A DNA stretch of 64,000 nucleotides from Tagaea sp. (GCA_965279525.1 CBDIIB010000002.1:256001-320000), one strand, 5' to 3'; shown: positions 46,780-57,178, counted from the first letter of the stretch. Numbers and translations are program-made. The notes: a model not told the origin generated them from the letters alone.

Positions 46780-47613
46780 ATGCGCCGGTTCGAACGATTC
46801 GGGCTTTCCCGTCCGCTGGTGATGGGCATCGTCAACGCCACGCCGGATTCTTTCTCGGATGGCGGAGATTTCTACGATACGGCGGCTGCCATCGCGCACG
46901 GCCTCAGGTTGCGCGACGAGGGGGCCGACATGCTCGACGTGGGCGGCGAGTCCACGCGCCCGGGTGCCGATCCGGTTCCCGAGCCCGAGGAAATGCGCCG
47001 CGTCGTGCCGGTGATCGAAGCACTCGCGAAGGCGGGGGCTGTCGTGTCGATCGACACCACGCATGCCGGCACGATGCGTGCCGCCATCGATGCCGGTGCC
47101 GCGATCGTCAACGACGTGACGGCGCTCACCGGCGATCCGGCAAGCCTGCCGCTCGTCGCCTCGCGTGGTGTCGGCGTGGTGCTGATGCACATGCAGGGCG
47201 AGCCCCGGACAATGCAGGCGAGCCCGACCTACGAACACGCACCGCGCGACATCGCGACGTATCTGGCCGGCCGCATCGCCGCATGCCGGGCGGCGGGGAT
47301 CGCCGCGGAGAGCATCGCCGTCGATCCCGGCATCGGCTTCGGCAAGACGGTCGCCCACAATGCCGAGATCCTCGCCGATGTCGGACGCTTTCGCGAATTG
47401 GGAACGGCGGTGCTGATCGGGGCGAGCCGCAAGGCCTTCATCGGGGCGCTGTCGAAGGGCGAACGGCCCAAGGAACGGCTGCCCGGCTCGATCGCGGCCG
47501 CACTTGCCGCGGTATCGGGCGGGGCCGACATCCTGCGCGTCCACGACGTGGCGGCGACGCGCCAGGCCCTTGCGGTATGGCAGGCGGTCGAAAGATTTCG
47601 AAATCCTTCGTGA
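46780..47613 (+). CDS. folP: Dihydropteroate synthase
   Basis: MGIVNATPDSFSDGG, DVGGESTRPG, SIDT, LMHMQGEP, DPGIGFGK, GASRK, LRVHDV. Confidence 0.96.
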   Translation: MRRFERFGLSRPLVMGIVNATPDSFSDGGDFYDTAAAIAHGLRLRDEGADMLDVGGESTRPGADPVPEPEEMRRVVPVIEALAKAGAVVSIDTTHAGTMRAAIDAGAAIVNDVTALTGDPASLPLVASRGVGVVLMHMQGEPRTMQASPTYEHAPRDIATYLAGRIAACRAAGIAAESIAVDPGIGFGKTVAHNAEILADVGRFRELGTAVLIGASRKAFIGALSKGERPKERLPGSIAAALAAVSGGADILRVHDVAATRQALAVWQAVERFRNPS

Positions 47614-47649
47614 CTTTACGCCCCCCGGCCCAGCGCCTATAAGCGCCCC

Positions 47650-49104
47650 ATGAGCAAGCTTTTCGGGACGGACGGGATTCGCGGTCTCGCCAACGTGGCG
47701 CCGATGACGGCGGAAATCGCCATGAAGGTGGCGATCGCCGCGGGCAAGATCCTGCGCCAGGGCGGCCACCGGCACCGCGTGGTCATCGGCAAGGACACGC
47801 GGCTCTCGGGCTACATGTTCCAGCCGGCCCTCACCGCCGGGTTCGTGTCGATCGGCATGGACGTGGTGATCCTCGAGCCGCTGCCCACGCCGGCAGTCGC
47901 CCTTCTCACGCGCTCGCTGCGCGCCGATCTCGGCGTGATGATCTCCGCCTCGCACAACCCGCACCACGACAACGGCATCAAGCTTTTCGGCCCCGACGGC
48001 TACAAGCTGTCGGACGAGCTCGAGGCCGAGATCGAACGCATCCTCGACGATCCGGGCGGTCGCGTGACGCCCGAGAAGCTCGGCCGCGTGCGCCGGCTGG
48101 ACGATGCACCCGGCCGCTACATCGAATCCGTCAAGTCGAGCTTCCCCAAGGGGCTGCGCCTCGACGGGCTGAAGATCGTCGTCGATTGCGCCAACGGCGC
48201 CGCCTATCGCGTGGCGCCCACCGTGCTGTGGGAGCTGGGCGCCGAGATCGTGCCCATCGCGGTCGACCCGGACGGCCTCAACATCAACCGTGGCTGCGGG
48301 GCCACGCATATCGACATGCTGCAGCAGTCGGTGGTGGCGCACGGCGCGCATATCGGCCTTGCCCTCGACGGCGATGCCGACCGCATCCAGCTCGTCGACG
48401 AGCGTGGCCACTCGATCGACGGCGACCAGGTGCTGGCCTGCATCGCGCGCGACTGGAAGGCCGACGGCCGCCTGCGCGGCAAGAACGTCGTCGCCACGGT
48501 CATGTCGAACATGGGGCTCGAGCGCTGGCTCGACCGGCAGGGCATGCAGCTCCAGCGCAGCAAGGTCGGCGACCGCCACGTGCTGGAGATGATGCGCGAG
48601 CTCGACGCCAATCTCGGCGGCGAGCAGTCCGGTCATGTGATCCTGTCGGACTACGCGACGACCGGAGACGGCCTCGTCGCGGGCCTGCAGGTGCTTGCGG
48701 CGATCGTGCAGTCGGGCAAGCCCGCCTCGGAAATCGCGCACGTGTTCGATCCCTATCCCCAGCTCCTGAAGAATGTCCGTTTCGCCGGACCCCCGCCGAT
48801 GGATGCGGCACCCGTCCGCAAGGCGATCGTCGCGGCCGAGGCGGTGCTCGCCAAGGACGGACGCCTGCTGATCCGCCGTTCGGGCACCGAACCGCTCGTG
48901 CGCGTGATGGCCGAGGCAAGCAATCCCCAGCTGGTGACCCAGGCTGTCGACGACGTGGTCGCGGCCCTCGTCGCGGCCGGCGGCACGCTTGCCGGCGGCA
49001 CCAAGTCGAGCGAGGCGGCCGCTCCGGGATCGCATGATGCCGCACCCGACTATCCGCGCTATCTCGACCGGCGCGTGCTGTCGCGCAAGAACGCCGGCGA
49101 ATAG
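47650..49104 (+). CDS. glmM: Phosphoglucosamine mutase
   Basis: [51 protein letters not shown]. Confidence 0.96.
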   Translation: MSKLFGTDGIRGLANVAPMTAEIAMKVAIAAGKILRQGGHRHRVVIGKDTRLSGYMFQPALTAGFVSIGMDVVILEPLPTPAVALLTRSLRADLGVMISASHNPHHDNGIKLFGPDGYKLSDELEAEIERILDDPGGRVTPEKLGRVRRLDDAPGRYIESVKSSFPKGLRLDGLKIVVDCANGAAYRVAPTVLWELGAEIVPIAVDPDGLNINRGCGATHIDMLQQSVVAHGAHIGLALDGDADRIQLVDERGHSIDGDQVLACIARDWKADGRLRGKNVVATVMSNMGLERWLDRQGMQLQRSKVGDRHVLEMMRELDANLGGEQSGHVILSDYATTGDGLVAGLQVLAAIVQSGKPASEIAHVFDPYPQLLKNVRFAGPPPMDAAPVRKAIVAAEAVLAKDGRLLIRRSGTEPLVRVMAEASNPQLVTQAVDDVVAALVAAGGTLAGGTKSSEAAAPGSHDAAPDYPRYLDRRVLSRKNAGE

Positions 49105-49109
49105 CGGCG

Positions 49110-49913
49110 ATGCGCGGGCGCGTTCTGATCGTCGCGGGCTCGGATTCGGGCGGGGGTGCCGGCATCCAGGCCGACATCAAGACCGTGACGGCGCTCGACG
49201 GCTATGCGGCGACCGCGATCACCGCACTCACGGCCCAGGACACGAACGGCGTGCACGGCGTGATGCCGGTCCCGCCTGGCTTCATCGCCCAGCAGATGCG
49301 CGTCGTGCTGCGCGACATCGGGGCCGACGCGATCAAGACCGGCATGTTGCACGACGCCGCGACGATCGACACGGTGGCCGACATCCTCGAAAGCGAAGCT
49401 GCGGCAAAGGGTGCTCCCGTCGTCGTCGATCCGGTCATGTTCGCCAAGGGCGGGCATCCGCTGCTGCAGCCCGAGGCGGTCGCCACGCTCAAGCGCCGCC
49501 TGCTGGTGCTCGCGCGCGTGCTGACGCCCAACCTGCCGGAAGCCGAAGCGCTTTCGGGCATGCATATCCGCACGCTGGCCGATCAACGCCATGCGGCACA
49601 GGCGATGCTGACGCTCGGCTGCCAGGCCGTGCTGCTGAAGGGCGGGCACATGCCGGGCGACACCGTCGTCGACGTGCTGGCGACCGATACGGGCGTGCGC
49701 GATTTCACGTCCCCGCGCATCGAATCGCGCTCGACGCACGGGACGGGTTGCACGCTCGCTTCCGCGATCGCGACGGGTCTGGCGCAGGGCCTCGATCTCG
49801 AGATCGCGGTCGCCCGCGCGCGCGAATACGTGCGTCGCGCGATCGAGACCGCACCCGGGCTCGGCGGCGGGCACGGCCCGCTCAACCACGCGCACCCGTT
49901 CTCGCGCCGCTAG
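49110..49913 (+). CDS. thiD: Hydroxymethylpyrimidine/phosphomethylpyrimidine kinase
   Basis: AGSDSGGGAGIQADIKT, KTGML, VVDPVM, TPNLPEA, KGGH, THGTGCTLAS, GGGHGPLNH. Confidence 0.96.
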   Translation: MRGRVLIVAGSDSGGGAGIQADIKTVTALDGYAATAITALTAQDTNGVHGVMPVPPGFIAQQMRVVLRDIGADAIKTGMLHDAATIDTVADILESEAAAKGAPVVVDPVMFAKGGHPLLQPEAVATLKRRLLVLARVLTPNLPEAEALSGMHIRTLADQRHAAQAMLTLGCQAVLLKGGHMPGDTVVDVLATDTGVRDFTSPRIESRSTHGTGCTLASAIATGLAQGLDLEIAVARAREYVRRAIETAPGLGGGHGPLNHAHPFSRR

Positions 49914-49914
49914 G

Positions 49915-51291
49915 TCAGGAGCCGCGCGCGAGGAGCCCGGCCAGCCGCTCGAAGCCGACGCGCACCTCGCCGTCGGTATCGGGCGCGCAGAAGTTCACGC
50001 GCACCGCATTGGGGAGCGCCGATCCGTCGGGCACGAATGCGCGGCCGGGCATGACGCCGACACCCATGCGTCGTGCCGCTTCCGCGAAATCGTCGCGCCG
50101 CCAGTGCGCGGGCAGATGGAGCCACAGTTGGTGGGCGCCTTCGCGCATCCGGATCCGGTCCTGGTCGGGAAGAAGGCGGGCGAGCGCGCCGCGGCGCCGG
50201 GCGAGGTCCCGGTACCACGCCGTCGCCGTCGCCGCGTCGCCCGCCAGGATCATGCGTGCCGCGATCTCGCCGACCAGCGGCACGGTCGAGTGCGTCGTCG
50301 CGCGCAGGGCGGCAAGCGAGCGCTCGAGAATTTTCAGGGGTGCATGGACATAGGCGGCGGGCAGGCCCGAGCTGACGCATTTCGAAAGTGACGAAAGATA
50401 TGTCGTGCGCTCGGGCGCCAGCCTGGCGAGCGGGACCGTCGTCTCGTCGAGGAAACCGTAGCAGTCTTCCTCGACGATCAAGATCCCCTCGCGCCGGCAG
50501 ATCTCGACGATCTCCCGGCGCCGTTCGGGCGGCATGACGGCGGTCGTCGGCGTATGGAATGTCGGCGACAGATACACCGCCTTGGGCGCCCGTCGCCGGC
50601 AGGCGGCAGCCAAAGCGTCGGGAAGCATGCCGTCGGCATCCATCTCCACGCCGAACAGCTTCACCCCGAGGATGCCTGCGGCCACCTTGACGCCGTAGGA
50701 TGTCAGCGCTTCGCACAGCACCGTGTCGCCGGTCCCGGCCACGCCGGCGATGGCGAGCAGGATCGCGTTCTGCGTGCCGGCCGCGAGCAGCACGCGCGAG
50801 GGATCCGCCAGCGTGCCGATGCGCCGGGCCAGCCACTCGGCACCCGCTTCCCGGTGCGCCGGGTGGCCGCCGGCGGTCTCGCCGGGCGACATCGCCGCCC
50901 CGCCGCCTGTGGCGATCGCGACCGTGTGGCGCGCGATCGCGGCGAGTGCGGGGCCTGCGGCAGCCGGCCTGTCGCGCGCCATGTCGACGAACGTCTCGCC
51001 CGGGATCGGGCTGGCGAGGATCGCTTCGGGCGAATCGACCGTCGTCTCGCGCACGAACGTGCCCCGACCGACCTCGGACGTGATGAGGCCGCGCCGCTCG
51101 GCTTCGGCGTATGCGCGGGTCACGGTGGCGACAGTGACGGCCAGTCGCTCGGCGAGTGCCCGATGCGTCGGCAGCCTATCGCCCGACTTCAGGCGTGCCG
51201 CAGCGATGTCGTCGGCCAGCACGTCGACGATCGCCATGTAGCGCGGGCCCGGACGGGACACGATCGCGGGCGTCCATTTCAGGATCATCAT
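49915..51291 (-). CDS. MocR/GabR-family regulator (GntR wHTH + PLP aminotransferase-like), paralog A with degenerate PLP motifs
   Basis: GDRLPTHRALA..TVTRAYAEAERRGLI..EVGRGTFV; PTFHTPT; IVEEDCYG; SLSK..SGLPAAY. Confidence 0.9.
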   Translation of the reverse strand: MMILKWTPAIVSRPGPRYMAIVDVLADDIAAARLKSGDRLPTHRALAERLAVTVATVTRAYAEAERRGLITSEVGRGTFVRETTVDSPEAILASPIPGETFVDMARDRPAAAGPALAAIARHTVAIATGGGAAMSPGETAGGHPAHREAGAEWLARRIGTLADPSRVLLAAGTQNAILLAIAGVAGTGDTVLCEALTSYGVKVAAGILGVKLFGVEMDADGMLPDALAAACRRRAPKAVYLSPTFHTPTTAVMPPERRREIVEICRREGILIVEEDCYGFLDETTVPLARLAPERTTYLSSLSKCVSSGLPAAYVHAPLKILERSLAALRATTHSTVPLVGEIAARMILAGDAATATAWYRDLARRRGALARLLPDQDRIRMREGAHQLWLHLPAHWRRDDFAEAARRMGVGVMPGRAFVPDGSALPNAVRVNFCAPDTDGEVRVGFERLAGLLARGS

Positions 51292-51390
51292 CGCAGCATC
51301 CGAACCAAGGGATACTTGGATATCGAAACGCTACGATATTAGCGCAAGCCGGGCCGCCGCTCGCCGCAAAATTTCTTCTGAGATTGTCGT

Positions 51391-52797
51391 TCAGGCGTGG
51401 GCGAAGGCGGGGCCGGGTACCGGCGTGTGGCCGCTTCCGGCACCCAGCATTCCGGCGATGGTCCCCAGCGCCTGGGCGACCGTCTCGTCGTGTTCCTGCG
51501 AGCACAGCGCGATGCGCACGCCATGCGGCGCGTTCGACCGGCCGATCGCGAACGCGCTGCCCGGCGTCACGCCCACGCCCTTCGCGCGGGCCGCCTCGGC
51601 GAACTCGTCACCGTTCCAGCGCTCGGGGACCGGCAGCCAGGCTTGTGGAGCGCCGTGGCTTGCCATGACGCCGGTGCCGGCGAGGATACGCAGGGCCAGA
51701 TCGCTGCGCCGGATGGCGAGGTTGCGCTGCCACTTCGCCGACTGCAGCGCGTCGCCGTCGCGGACAAGCCGTGTGGCCAGCTCGGCCGCCAGCGGCATCG
51801 TCGACATCGTCGTGCCGCGCACGACCGCGGCGACACGCTCGACGACGGCTTCACTGGCGTAGAGATAGCCGAGCCGCAGGCCGCCGCCGAACGACTTGGA
51901 CAGCGACGTCACGTAGACGCACAGCTCCGGCGCCAGCGCTGCCAGCGGCACGCTCGACTCGTCGAGAAAGCCGTAGATGTCGTCCTCGATGATCGTCACG
52001 CCGTAGCGCCGGCAGATCGCCACGACCATCTCGCGCCTTGCGAAGGGCATCACGCTGGTGGTCGGGCTCTGGAAGGTCGGCACCGTGTAGAGTGCGCGCG
52101 GCGCATGCAGGCGGCAGGCGGCCTCGAGCGAGTCCGGCACGATCCCTTCGGCGTCGATCTCGACGCCCGCGAGGCGCACGCCGAGTATGTCGGCCGCCGA
52201 CTTCACCCCGTAAAAGGCGAGCGACTCGGTCAGCACCACGTCGCCGGGCCGCGTGCGCGCCGCCAATGCGAGCATCAGCCCGTGCTGCGTGCCGTTCACG
52301 ATGACGACGCGTGACGGATCGGCCTTGCCGAGGCGCCGGGCGATCCATTCGGCCCCGGCCTCGCGGTGCGCGGGCCGGCCGGCGGTCGGTCCGTTCGAGA
52401 TCAGCGCGCAGGCGTTCGTACGCGAGATCGCGGCGAGGTGACGCTCGATCATCGCGCAGGCCGTCTCGGTCACGGCCGGCACGTTGCGCGACAGGTCGAT
52501 GAAGGATTCGACGTGCCCGTCGGCCGGCTTCACGACCCCGAAACGTTCGACCGACGTCGCGCATACGAAAGTGCCGCGGCCGACTTCGCCGGCGATCAGC
52601 CCGCGCCGCTCGGCCTCGGCATACGCGCGCGTCACGGTGCCGATGGTGACCTGCAGCAGGCGCGCAAGGCCGCGATGCGTAGGCATGCGTGCGCCGTTGC
52701 GCAGCCGGCCGCTCGCGATGTCGGCCGCGATCGCTTCGGCGATCGCCATGTAGCGAGGGCCGGGGCGTGTCGTGATCTGGGGAATCCACTTGGCCAT
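51391..52797 (-). CDS. MocR/GabR-family regulator, paralog B
   Basis: MPTHRGLA..TVTRAYAEAERRGL; PTFQSPT; IIEDDIYG; SLSKSFGGGLRLGY. Confidence 0.92.
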   Translation of the reverse strand: MAKWIPQITTRPGPRYMAIAEAIAADIASGRLRNGARMPTHRGLARLLQVTIGTVTRAYAEAERRGLIAGEVGRGTFVCATSVERFGVVKPADGHVESFIDLSRNVPAVTETACAMIERHLAAISRTNACALISNGPTAGRPAHREAGAEWIARRLGKADPSRVVIVNGTQHGLMLALAARTRPGDVVLTESLAFYGVKSAADILGVRLAGVEIDAEGIVPDSLEAACRLHAPRALYTVPTFQSPTTSVMPFARREMVVAICRRYGVTIIEDDIYGFLDESSVPLAALAPELCVYVTSLSKSFGGGLRLGYLYASEAVVERVAAVVRGTTMSTMPLAAELATRLVRDGDALQSAKWQRNLAIRRSDLALRILAGTGVMASHGAPQAWLPVPERWNGDEFAEAARAKGVGVTPGSAFAIGRSNAPHGVRIALCSQEHDETVAQALGTIAGMLGAGSGHTPVPGPAFAHA

Positions 52798-53036
52798 TGC
52801 GCTGTGTCCGACGTCGGAGAAGTGACCCTCCGATATTTCGCGCACACTACAATATTCTCAAGGGAAACCTGATCATGCTTGCGTTTTTATGTCGTAGGAC
52901 ATTCGCGCGCTAAACCTTGCGGTGCACGATGCATGCGCGAAGCGCAGGGCATCCGGACGTACTGCAAAGTAGGGCGGACTGACGGCATGGTCCGGATTTC
53001 ACGCCTGATTTTGGATGCGAATCGAGCATCGTCGAT

Positions 53037-54428
53037 TCACACCATCGGCAGGCTGCCCTCGGGCGGTTCTTCGAGAATTTCGACGAGCGTGCCGAGCGCG
53101 CGGATCACGGCATCGTCGGTGTCGGGTGCCGCCAGTGCGATGCGCACGGCGTGTGGCACGGGTGCACGTCCGACGGCAAACGCATTGGCCGGCGCCACGC
53201 CCACGCCGCGCCGGCGCGCCACGTCGACGAACTCCTCGCGTCGCCAGGGCTCGGGCAGCTTGAGCCAGACCTGGAAAGCGGCAGGATGGGCGGTGAAGTC
53301 GTGACCTTCGAGTATTTCGGCGGCAAGGGCCTGCCGGCGTTCGGCGAGACCCTTCTGCCAGCTCGCGGCCTTCAGCGCGTCGCCCGAGCGGATCATGCGC
53401 GCGGCGATCTCGCCGACCATCGGCGTCGTCATGTAGGCGCTGGCGCGGATCGCCGCCGACACGCGCTGTACGATCGCCTCGGGCGCGTGGAGATATCCGA
53501 GGCGCACGCCGGGTGCGATCGACTTCGACAGCGACGTGATGAAGATGCCCAGTTCCGGTGCCAGCGAGGAAAGCGGCGTGTTGGATTCGTCGAGGAAGCC
53601 GTAGATGTCGTCCTCGATGATCGCCACGCCGTAGCGCCGGCAGATTTCGGCGATCTGGCGGCGCCGCTCGATCGGCATCAGGCTCGTCGTCGGGTTCTGG
53701 AACGTGGGCAGCGTGTAGATCGCCTTGGGCGCGTGCTGCCGGCAGGCGGCCTCCAGCGCTTCGGGCACGAGCCCGTCGTCGTCGAGCTCGACGCCGACCA
53801 GCCGCACGCCGAGCAGGTTGGCGATCGACTTCATCCCGTAAAACGTCAACGCCTCGGTCAGCACGACGTCGCCGGGCCGGGCGAGGGCGGCGATTGCCAG
53901 CATCATGCCGTTCTGCGCGCCCGCAACCACGGCCACGCGCGCGGGATCGGCCGCGATGCCGCGCCGCGCGATCCATGCCGCACCCGCCTCGCGGTGTGCC
54001 GCAAGTCCGGCGTTGGGCACGTATGCCAGCAGCGGCGAGAGGTCTTCCTTGGCGAGATCGGCCATGTGGCGCGCGATCAGGCCGGCGGCCGGGCCGACGA
54101 TGGCGGGCAGGTTGCGCGACAGGTCGACATAGTCGTCGGTCGTCGGTGCCGGCGAGGGCATCACGTTGAGCGCGTCGCCGATGCGCTCGCGGATGAACGT
54201 GCCGCGGCCGACTTCGCCGGCGATCAACCCGCGCCGCTCGGCCTCGGCATAGGCGCGCGTGACGGTGCCGACGGTGACGCCGAGCTTCCAGGCGAGATCG
54301 CGATGAGTGGGCAGGCGGTCGCCGGGCTTGAGGCGGGTGGCCGCGATGTCGGCGGCGAGCATGTCGGCGATGGCGAGATAGCGGGGGCCGACGCGGGTGG
54401 CGATCGCGGGGATCCAATTTGTCATCAT
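53037..54428 (-). CDS. MocR/GabR-family regulator, paralog C
   Basis: GDRLPTHRDLA..TVTRAYAEAERRGL; PTFQNPT; IIEDDIYG; SLSKSIAPGVRLGY. Confidence 0.93.
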   Translation of the reverse strand: MMTNWIPAIATRVGPRYLAIADMLAADIAATRLKPGDRLPTHRDLAWKLGVTVGTVTRAYAEAERRGLIAGEVGRGTFIRERIGDALNVMPSPAPTTDDYVDLSRNLPAIVGPAAGLIARHMADLAKEDLSPLLAYVPNAGLAAHREAGAAWIARRGIAADPARVAVVAGAQNGMMLAIAALARPGDVVLTEALTFYGMKSIANLLGVRLVGVELDDDGLVPEALEAACRQHAPKAIYTLPTFQNPTTSLMPIERRRQIAEICRRYGVAIIEDDIYGFLDESNTPLSSLAPELGIFITSLSKSIAPGVRLGYLHAPEAIVQRVSAAIRASAYMTTPMVGEIAARMIRSGDALKAASWQKGLAERRQALAAEILEGHDFTAHPAAFQVWLKLPEPWRREEFVDVARRRGVGVAPANAFAVGRAPVPHAVRIALAAPDTDDAVIRALGTLVEILEEPPEGSLPMV

Positions 54429-54429
54429 G

Positions 54430-54485
54430 ACAATGTATTGATTGACCCCATATTGTGTCAATGCGATGTTGCTCGCGGTAACAAT
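54430..54485. promoter_or_regulatory. Divergent promoter region with candidate MocR operator repeats
   Basis: AT-rich; ATTGAC-N10-GTCAAT inverted repeat (54441-54462); ACAAT (54430, 54481) and ATTGT (54452) boxes. Confidence 0.5.
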
Positions 54486-54519
54486 TTTAGAGACATTGGC
54501 TGTCAAAGAGGAGGCTTGT

Positions 54520-54765
54520 ATGGCTACAATCGTGCAAACCGGACCGATCGAGCAAACCGTGCGGAACCTGCGTCCGCTCGTCGTTGCCCTCGTTCGCACG
54601 CTCGACCGCGTGCTCCTGACGGCCTTCGAGAAACTCTATGTCTGGCAGGAGCGTGCGACGCAGCGACACCAGCTGGCCGAGATGAGCGACTATATGCGCT
54701 CCGATCTCGGTCTCAGCCGCGGCGACGTCGAGCGCGAGGCCGGCAAGCCTTTCTGGCTCAACTGA
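54520..54765 (+). CDS. DUF1127 small protein
   Basis: WQERATQRHQLAEMSDYMRSDLGLSRGDVEREAGKPFW; GAGGAGG RBS. Confidence 0.9.
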   Translation: MATIVQTGPIEQTVRNLRPLVVALVRTLDRVLLTAFEKLYVWQERATQRHQLAEMSDYMRSDLGLSRGDVEREAGKPFWLN

Positions 54766-54834
54766 ACCCCGGCCACTGAACCCGGGCCGCGGCGGCAGCG
54801 CCGCCGCGGCTCCGCCTTCGCGGGTCCCGAACAG

Positions 54835-55458
54835 ATGTACATTCCGCCCCCCTTCGCGAGCCCGGGCGACGACGCGACTGCCGCACTGATCGCGCAGAAC
54901 GGCTTTGCCGTTCTCGTCGCGGCCGGTGACGACGGCGTGCCCGTCGCGGCACACCTGCCGCTGCAGCACGACGCCGCGCGCGGCGTGCTCGTCGGCCATC
55001 TCGCAGGTCCCAATCCGCTTGGCGACGTGCTGTCCGCCTGCGCGCGCGACAAGCGCGAGGTGCTGGCCGTGTTCCAGGGCGCGCACGGCTATGTCTCGCC
55101 CAGTTGGTACGTGGGCGCCCGCAACAGCGTGCCGACATGGAACTATGCGGTGGCGCATGTCTACGGCGTGCCGTCGACCTTCGACGACAGGCAGCGCCTG
55201 CGCCCGCTCGTCGACGGGCTCGCGCGCCAGTACGAACGCCACGGCTGGACGCTCGACGCGCAGGACGACGACTATGTCGACCGCATGCTGGGCGGCATCG
55301 TCGGATTCGAGATCGCGATCACGCGCCTTGAAGGCAAGTTCAAGATGTCGCAGAACCGCAATGCCGAAGACCGCGCCGGCGTGATCGCCGGACTCGAGGC
55401 AAGCGGCCGGCCGGACGATGCGGCACTGGCACAGGCCATGCGCGCGGCCGCGAAGTAG
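54835..55458 (+). CDS. paiB: PaiB-like FMN-binding negative transcriptional regulator (split barrel)
   Basis: MYIPPPF, HLPL, GHLAGPNP, HGYVSPSWY, VPTWNY, GIVGFEI, GKFKMSQNR. Confidence 0.9.
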   Translation: MYIPPPFASPGDDATAALIAQNGFAVLVAAGDDGVPVAAHLPLQHDAARGVLVGHLAGPNPLGDVLSACARDKREVLAVFQGAHGYVSPSWYVGARNSVPTWNYAVAHVYGVPSTFDDRQRLRPLVDGLARQYERHGWTLDAQDDDYVDRMLGGIVGFEIAITRLEGKFKMSQNRNAEDRAGVIAGLEASGRPDDAALAQAMRAAAK

Positions 55459-55471
55459 GGAGAAATCCGCC

Positions 55472-56254
55472 ATGCGCCTGCCGATCTACCAGGTCGACGC
55501 TTTCGCCAGCCACGTGTTCGACGGCAATCCCGCCGCCGTCGTGCCGCTGGAATCCTGGCTGCCGGACTCCGTCCTGCAGTCGATCGCGGCCGAGAACAAT
55601 CTTGCCGAGACCGCCTTCTTCGTGCGCGAGGGCGACGATTTTGCGCTTCGCTGGTTCACGCCCGCGATCGAAGTGCCGCTGTGCGGGCATGCAACGCTCG
55701 CCACCGCCTTCGTCATCCTGACGCTACTCGAACCAGGCCGCGCGGACGTGCGGTTCTCGACCAAATCCGGCGTGCTGTCCGTTTCGCGCGCCGGCGAACG
55801 CTTCGCGCTCGATTTTCCGGCACGCGGGCTGGAGCCATGCGACGAGGGTGCGGCCGTGGGTGCCGCACTCGGCGGCAGGCCGGTTTCGGTCCAGCTATCC
55901 GTCGACCGCTACATGGTCCTTTATGAAGACGCCGCGAGCGTTCGGGCTTTGAAGCCGGATATCCGCGCGCTGATGGCCACGCGGCGCGGGCGTGCCATCG
56001 CGACCGCACCGGGCGACGACTGCGACTTCGTCTCGCGGTTTTTCGCGCCCGCTGCCGGCATCGACGAAGATCCGGTCACCGGGTCCGCGCACTGCACGCT
56101 CGTGCCCTATTGGTCGGCCCGGCTGGGCAAGACCACACTGCTCGCCCGGCAGGTGGGCCCGCGTGGCGGCACGCTCCATTGCGAACACGCCGGTGCACGC
56201 ACGATCATGGCGGGGACCGCGAAGCTCTTTCTCGAGGGCACGATCCATGTCTGA
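55472..56254 (+). CDS. PhzF-family epimerase/isomerase
   Basis: QVDAF..GNPAAV, ENNLAETAF, LRWFTP..EVPLCGHATLA, SRFFAP..GIDEDPVTGSAH. Confidence 0.93.
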   Translation: MRLPIYQVDAFASHVFDGNPAAVVPLESWLPDSVLQSIAAENNLAETAFFVREGDDFALRWFTPAIEVPLCGHATLATAFVILTLLEPGRADVRFSTKSGVLSVSRAGERFALDFPARGLEPCDEGAAVGAALGGRPVSVQLSVDRYMVLYEDAASVRALKPDIRALMATRRGRAIATAPGDDCDFVSRFFAPAAGIDEDPVTGSAHCTLVPYWSARLGKTTLLARQVGPRGGTLHCEHAGARTIMAGTAKLFLEGTIHV

Positions 56255-56723
56255 CGTGATGCTGCTGCGCTATGCCGAGGGTGCCGGCGACATCGACACG
56301 GTCCGCACGCTGTTTTCCGAGTACCAGCAGGGCCTCGGCGTGTCGCTCTGCTTCCAGGATTTCGAGGCCGAGCTTGCCGGCCTGCCCGGCAAGTACGCGA
56401 ACCCCGAGGGGTGCATCCTGCTGGCCGAAGCCGACGGGAAGCCGGCGGGCGTCGTGGCGCTGCGCGCGCTCGTCGGCGACACGGTGGCGGAGATGAAGCG
56501 CCTCTATGTGCGCCCGTCGGCGCGCGGGCGGGGCCTCGGCCGCCGGCTGGCTTCGGCGATCGTCGACGAGGCGCGCAAGCGGCGCTACGAAGCGCTGCGG
56601 CTCGACACGCTGCCGCATCTGGCCGAGGCGATCGAGCTCTACCGCGCGATGGGGTTCGTCGAGATCCCGGCCTACAATGACAACCCGCTGTCGGGCGTGC
56701 GCTACTACGAGTACCGGCTTTGA
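56247..56723 (+). CDS. GNAT N-acetyltransferase
   Basis: SLCFQDFEAELAGLPGKY, AEMKRLYVRPSARGRGLGR, RLDTL, LYRAMGF. Confidence 0.9.
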   Translation: MSDVMLLRYAEGAGDIDTVRTLFSEYQQGLGVSLCFQDFEAELAGLPGKYANPEGCILLAEADGKPAGVVALRALVGDTVAEMKRLYVRPSARGRGLGRRLASAIVDEARKRRYEALRLDTLPHLAEAIELYRAMGFVEIPAYNDNPLSGVRYYEYRL

Positions 56724-57178
56724 GCGTCTGGACCAGACCCGACGGCTTTTCGGTCAGCGACGAGACGGCCCGGCTCGACCGCGATCGCGTCTATGGCTGG
56801 ATTTCGGGTGCCTACTGGGCCGCCGGCATTCCGCGCGACGTGTTCGATCGGTCGCTCGACGGTGCGATGTGCTTCGGCATCTACGCGCCGGACGGCATTC
56901 AGGTCGGCTTCGCGCGGGTGATGACCGACCGCGCCACGTTCGGCTACATCGGCGACGTGTTCGTGGAGCCGGCGATGCGCGGCCGCGGCCTGTCGAAATT
57001 CCTGCTCGACACGATCTTCGCGCATCCCGATTTGCAGGGCTTCCGGCGCTGGTCGCTGGCGACGCGCGACGCGCATGCGCTCTACCAGCGCTACGGCTTC
57101 ACGCCGCTGGCCGATCCGGCGCGCTACATGGAACGCGCCGACCCGCATGTCTATGCGCGCGCGAAGACGGGCACATAG
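56720..57178 (+). CDS. GNAT N-acetyltransferase
   Basis: YWAAGI, QVGFARVMTDRATFGYIGDVFV..RGRGL, LATRDAHALYQRYGF; TTG start overlapping the previous stop. Confidence 0.88.
   Translation: MSVWTRPDGFSVSDETARLDRDRVYGWISGAYWAAGIPRDVFDRSLDGAMCFGIYAPDGIQVGFARVMTDRATFGYIGDVFVEPAMRGRGLSKFLLDTIFAHPDLQGFRRWSLATRDAHALYQRYGFTPLADPARYMERADPHVYARAKTGT

Noticed and set aside
52879-53304. 141-aa plus-strand ORF between MocR paralogs
   Set aside because: Mostly antisense to paralog C, with no RBS or motif; the region is better explained as promoter DNA
54766-54834. Cuckoo-type sRNA after the DUF1127 gene
   Set aside because: No CCTCCTCCC loop motifs; only one GC hairpin and a short tandem repeat
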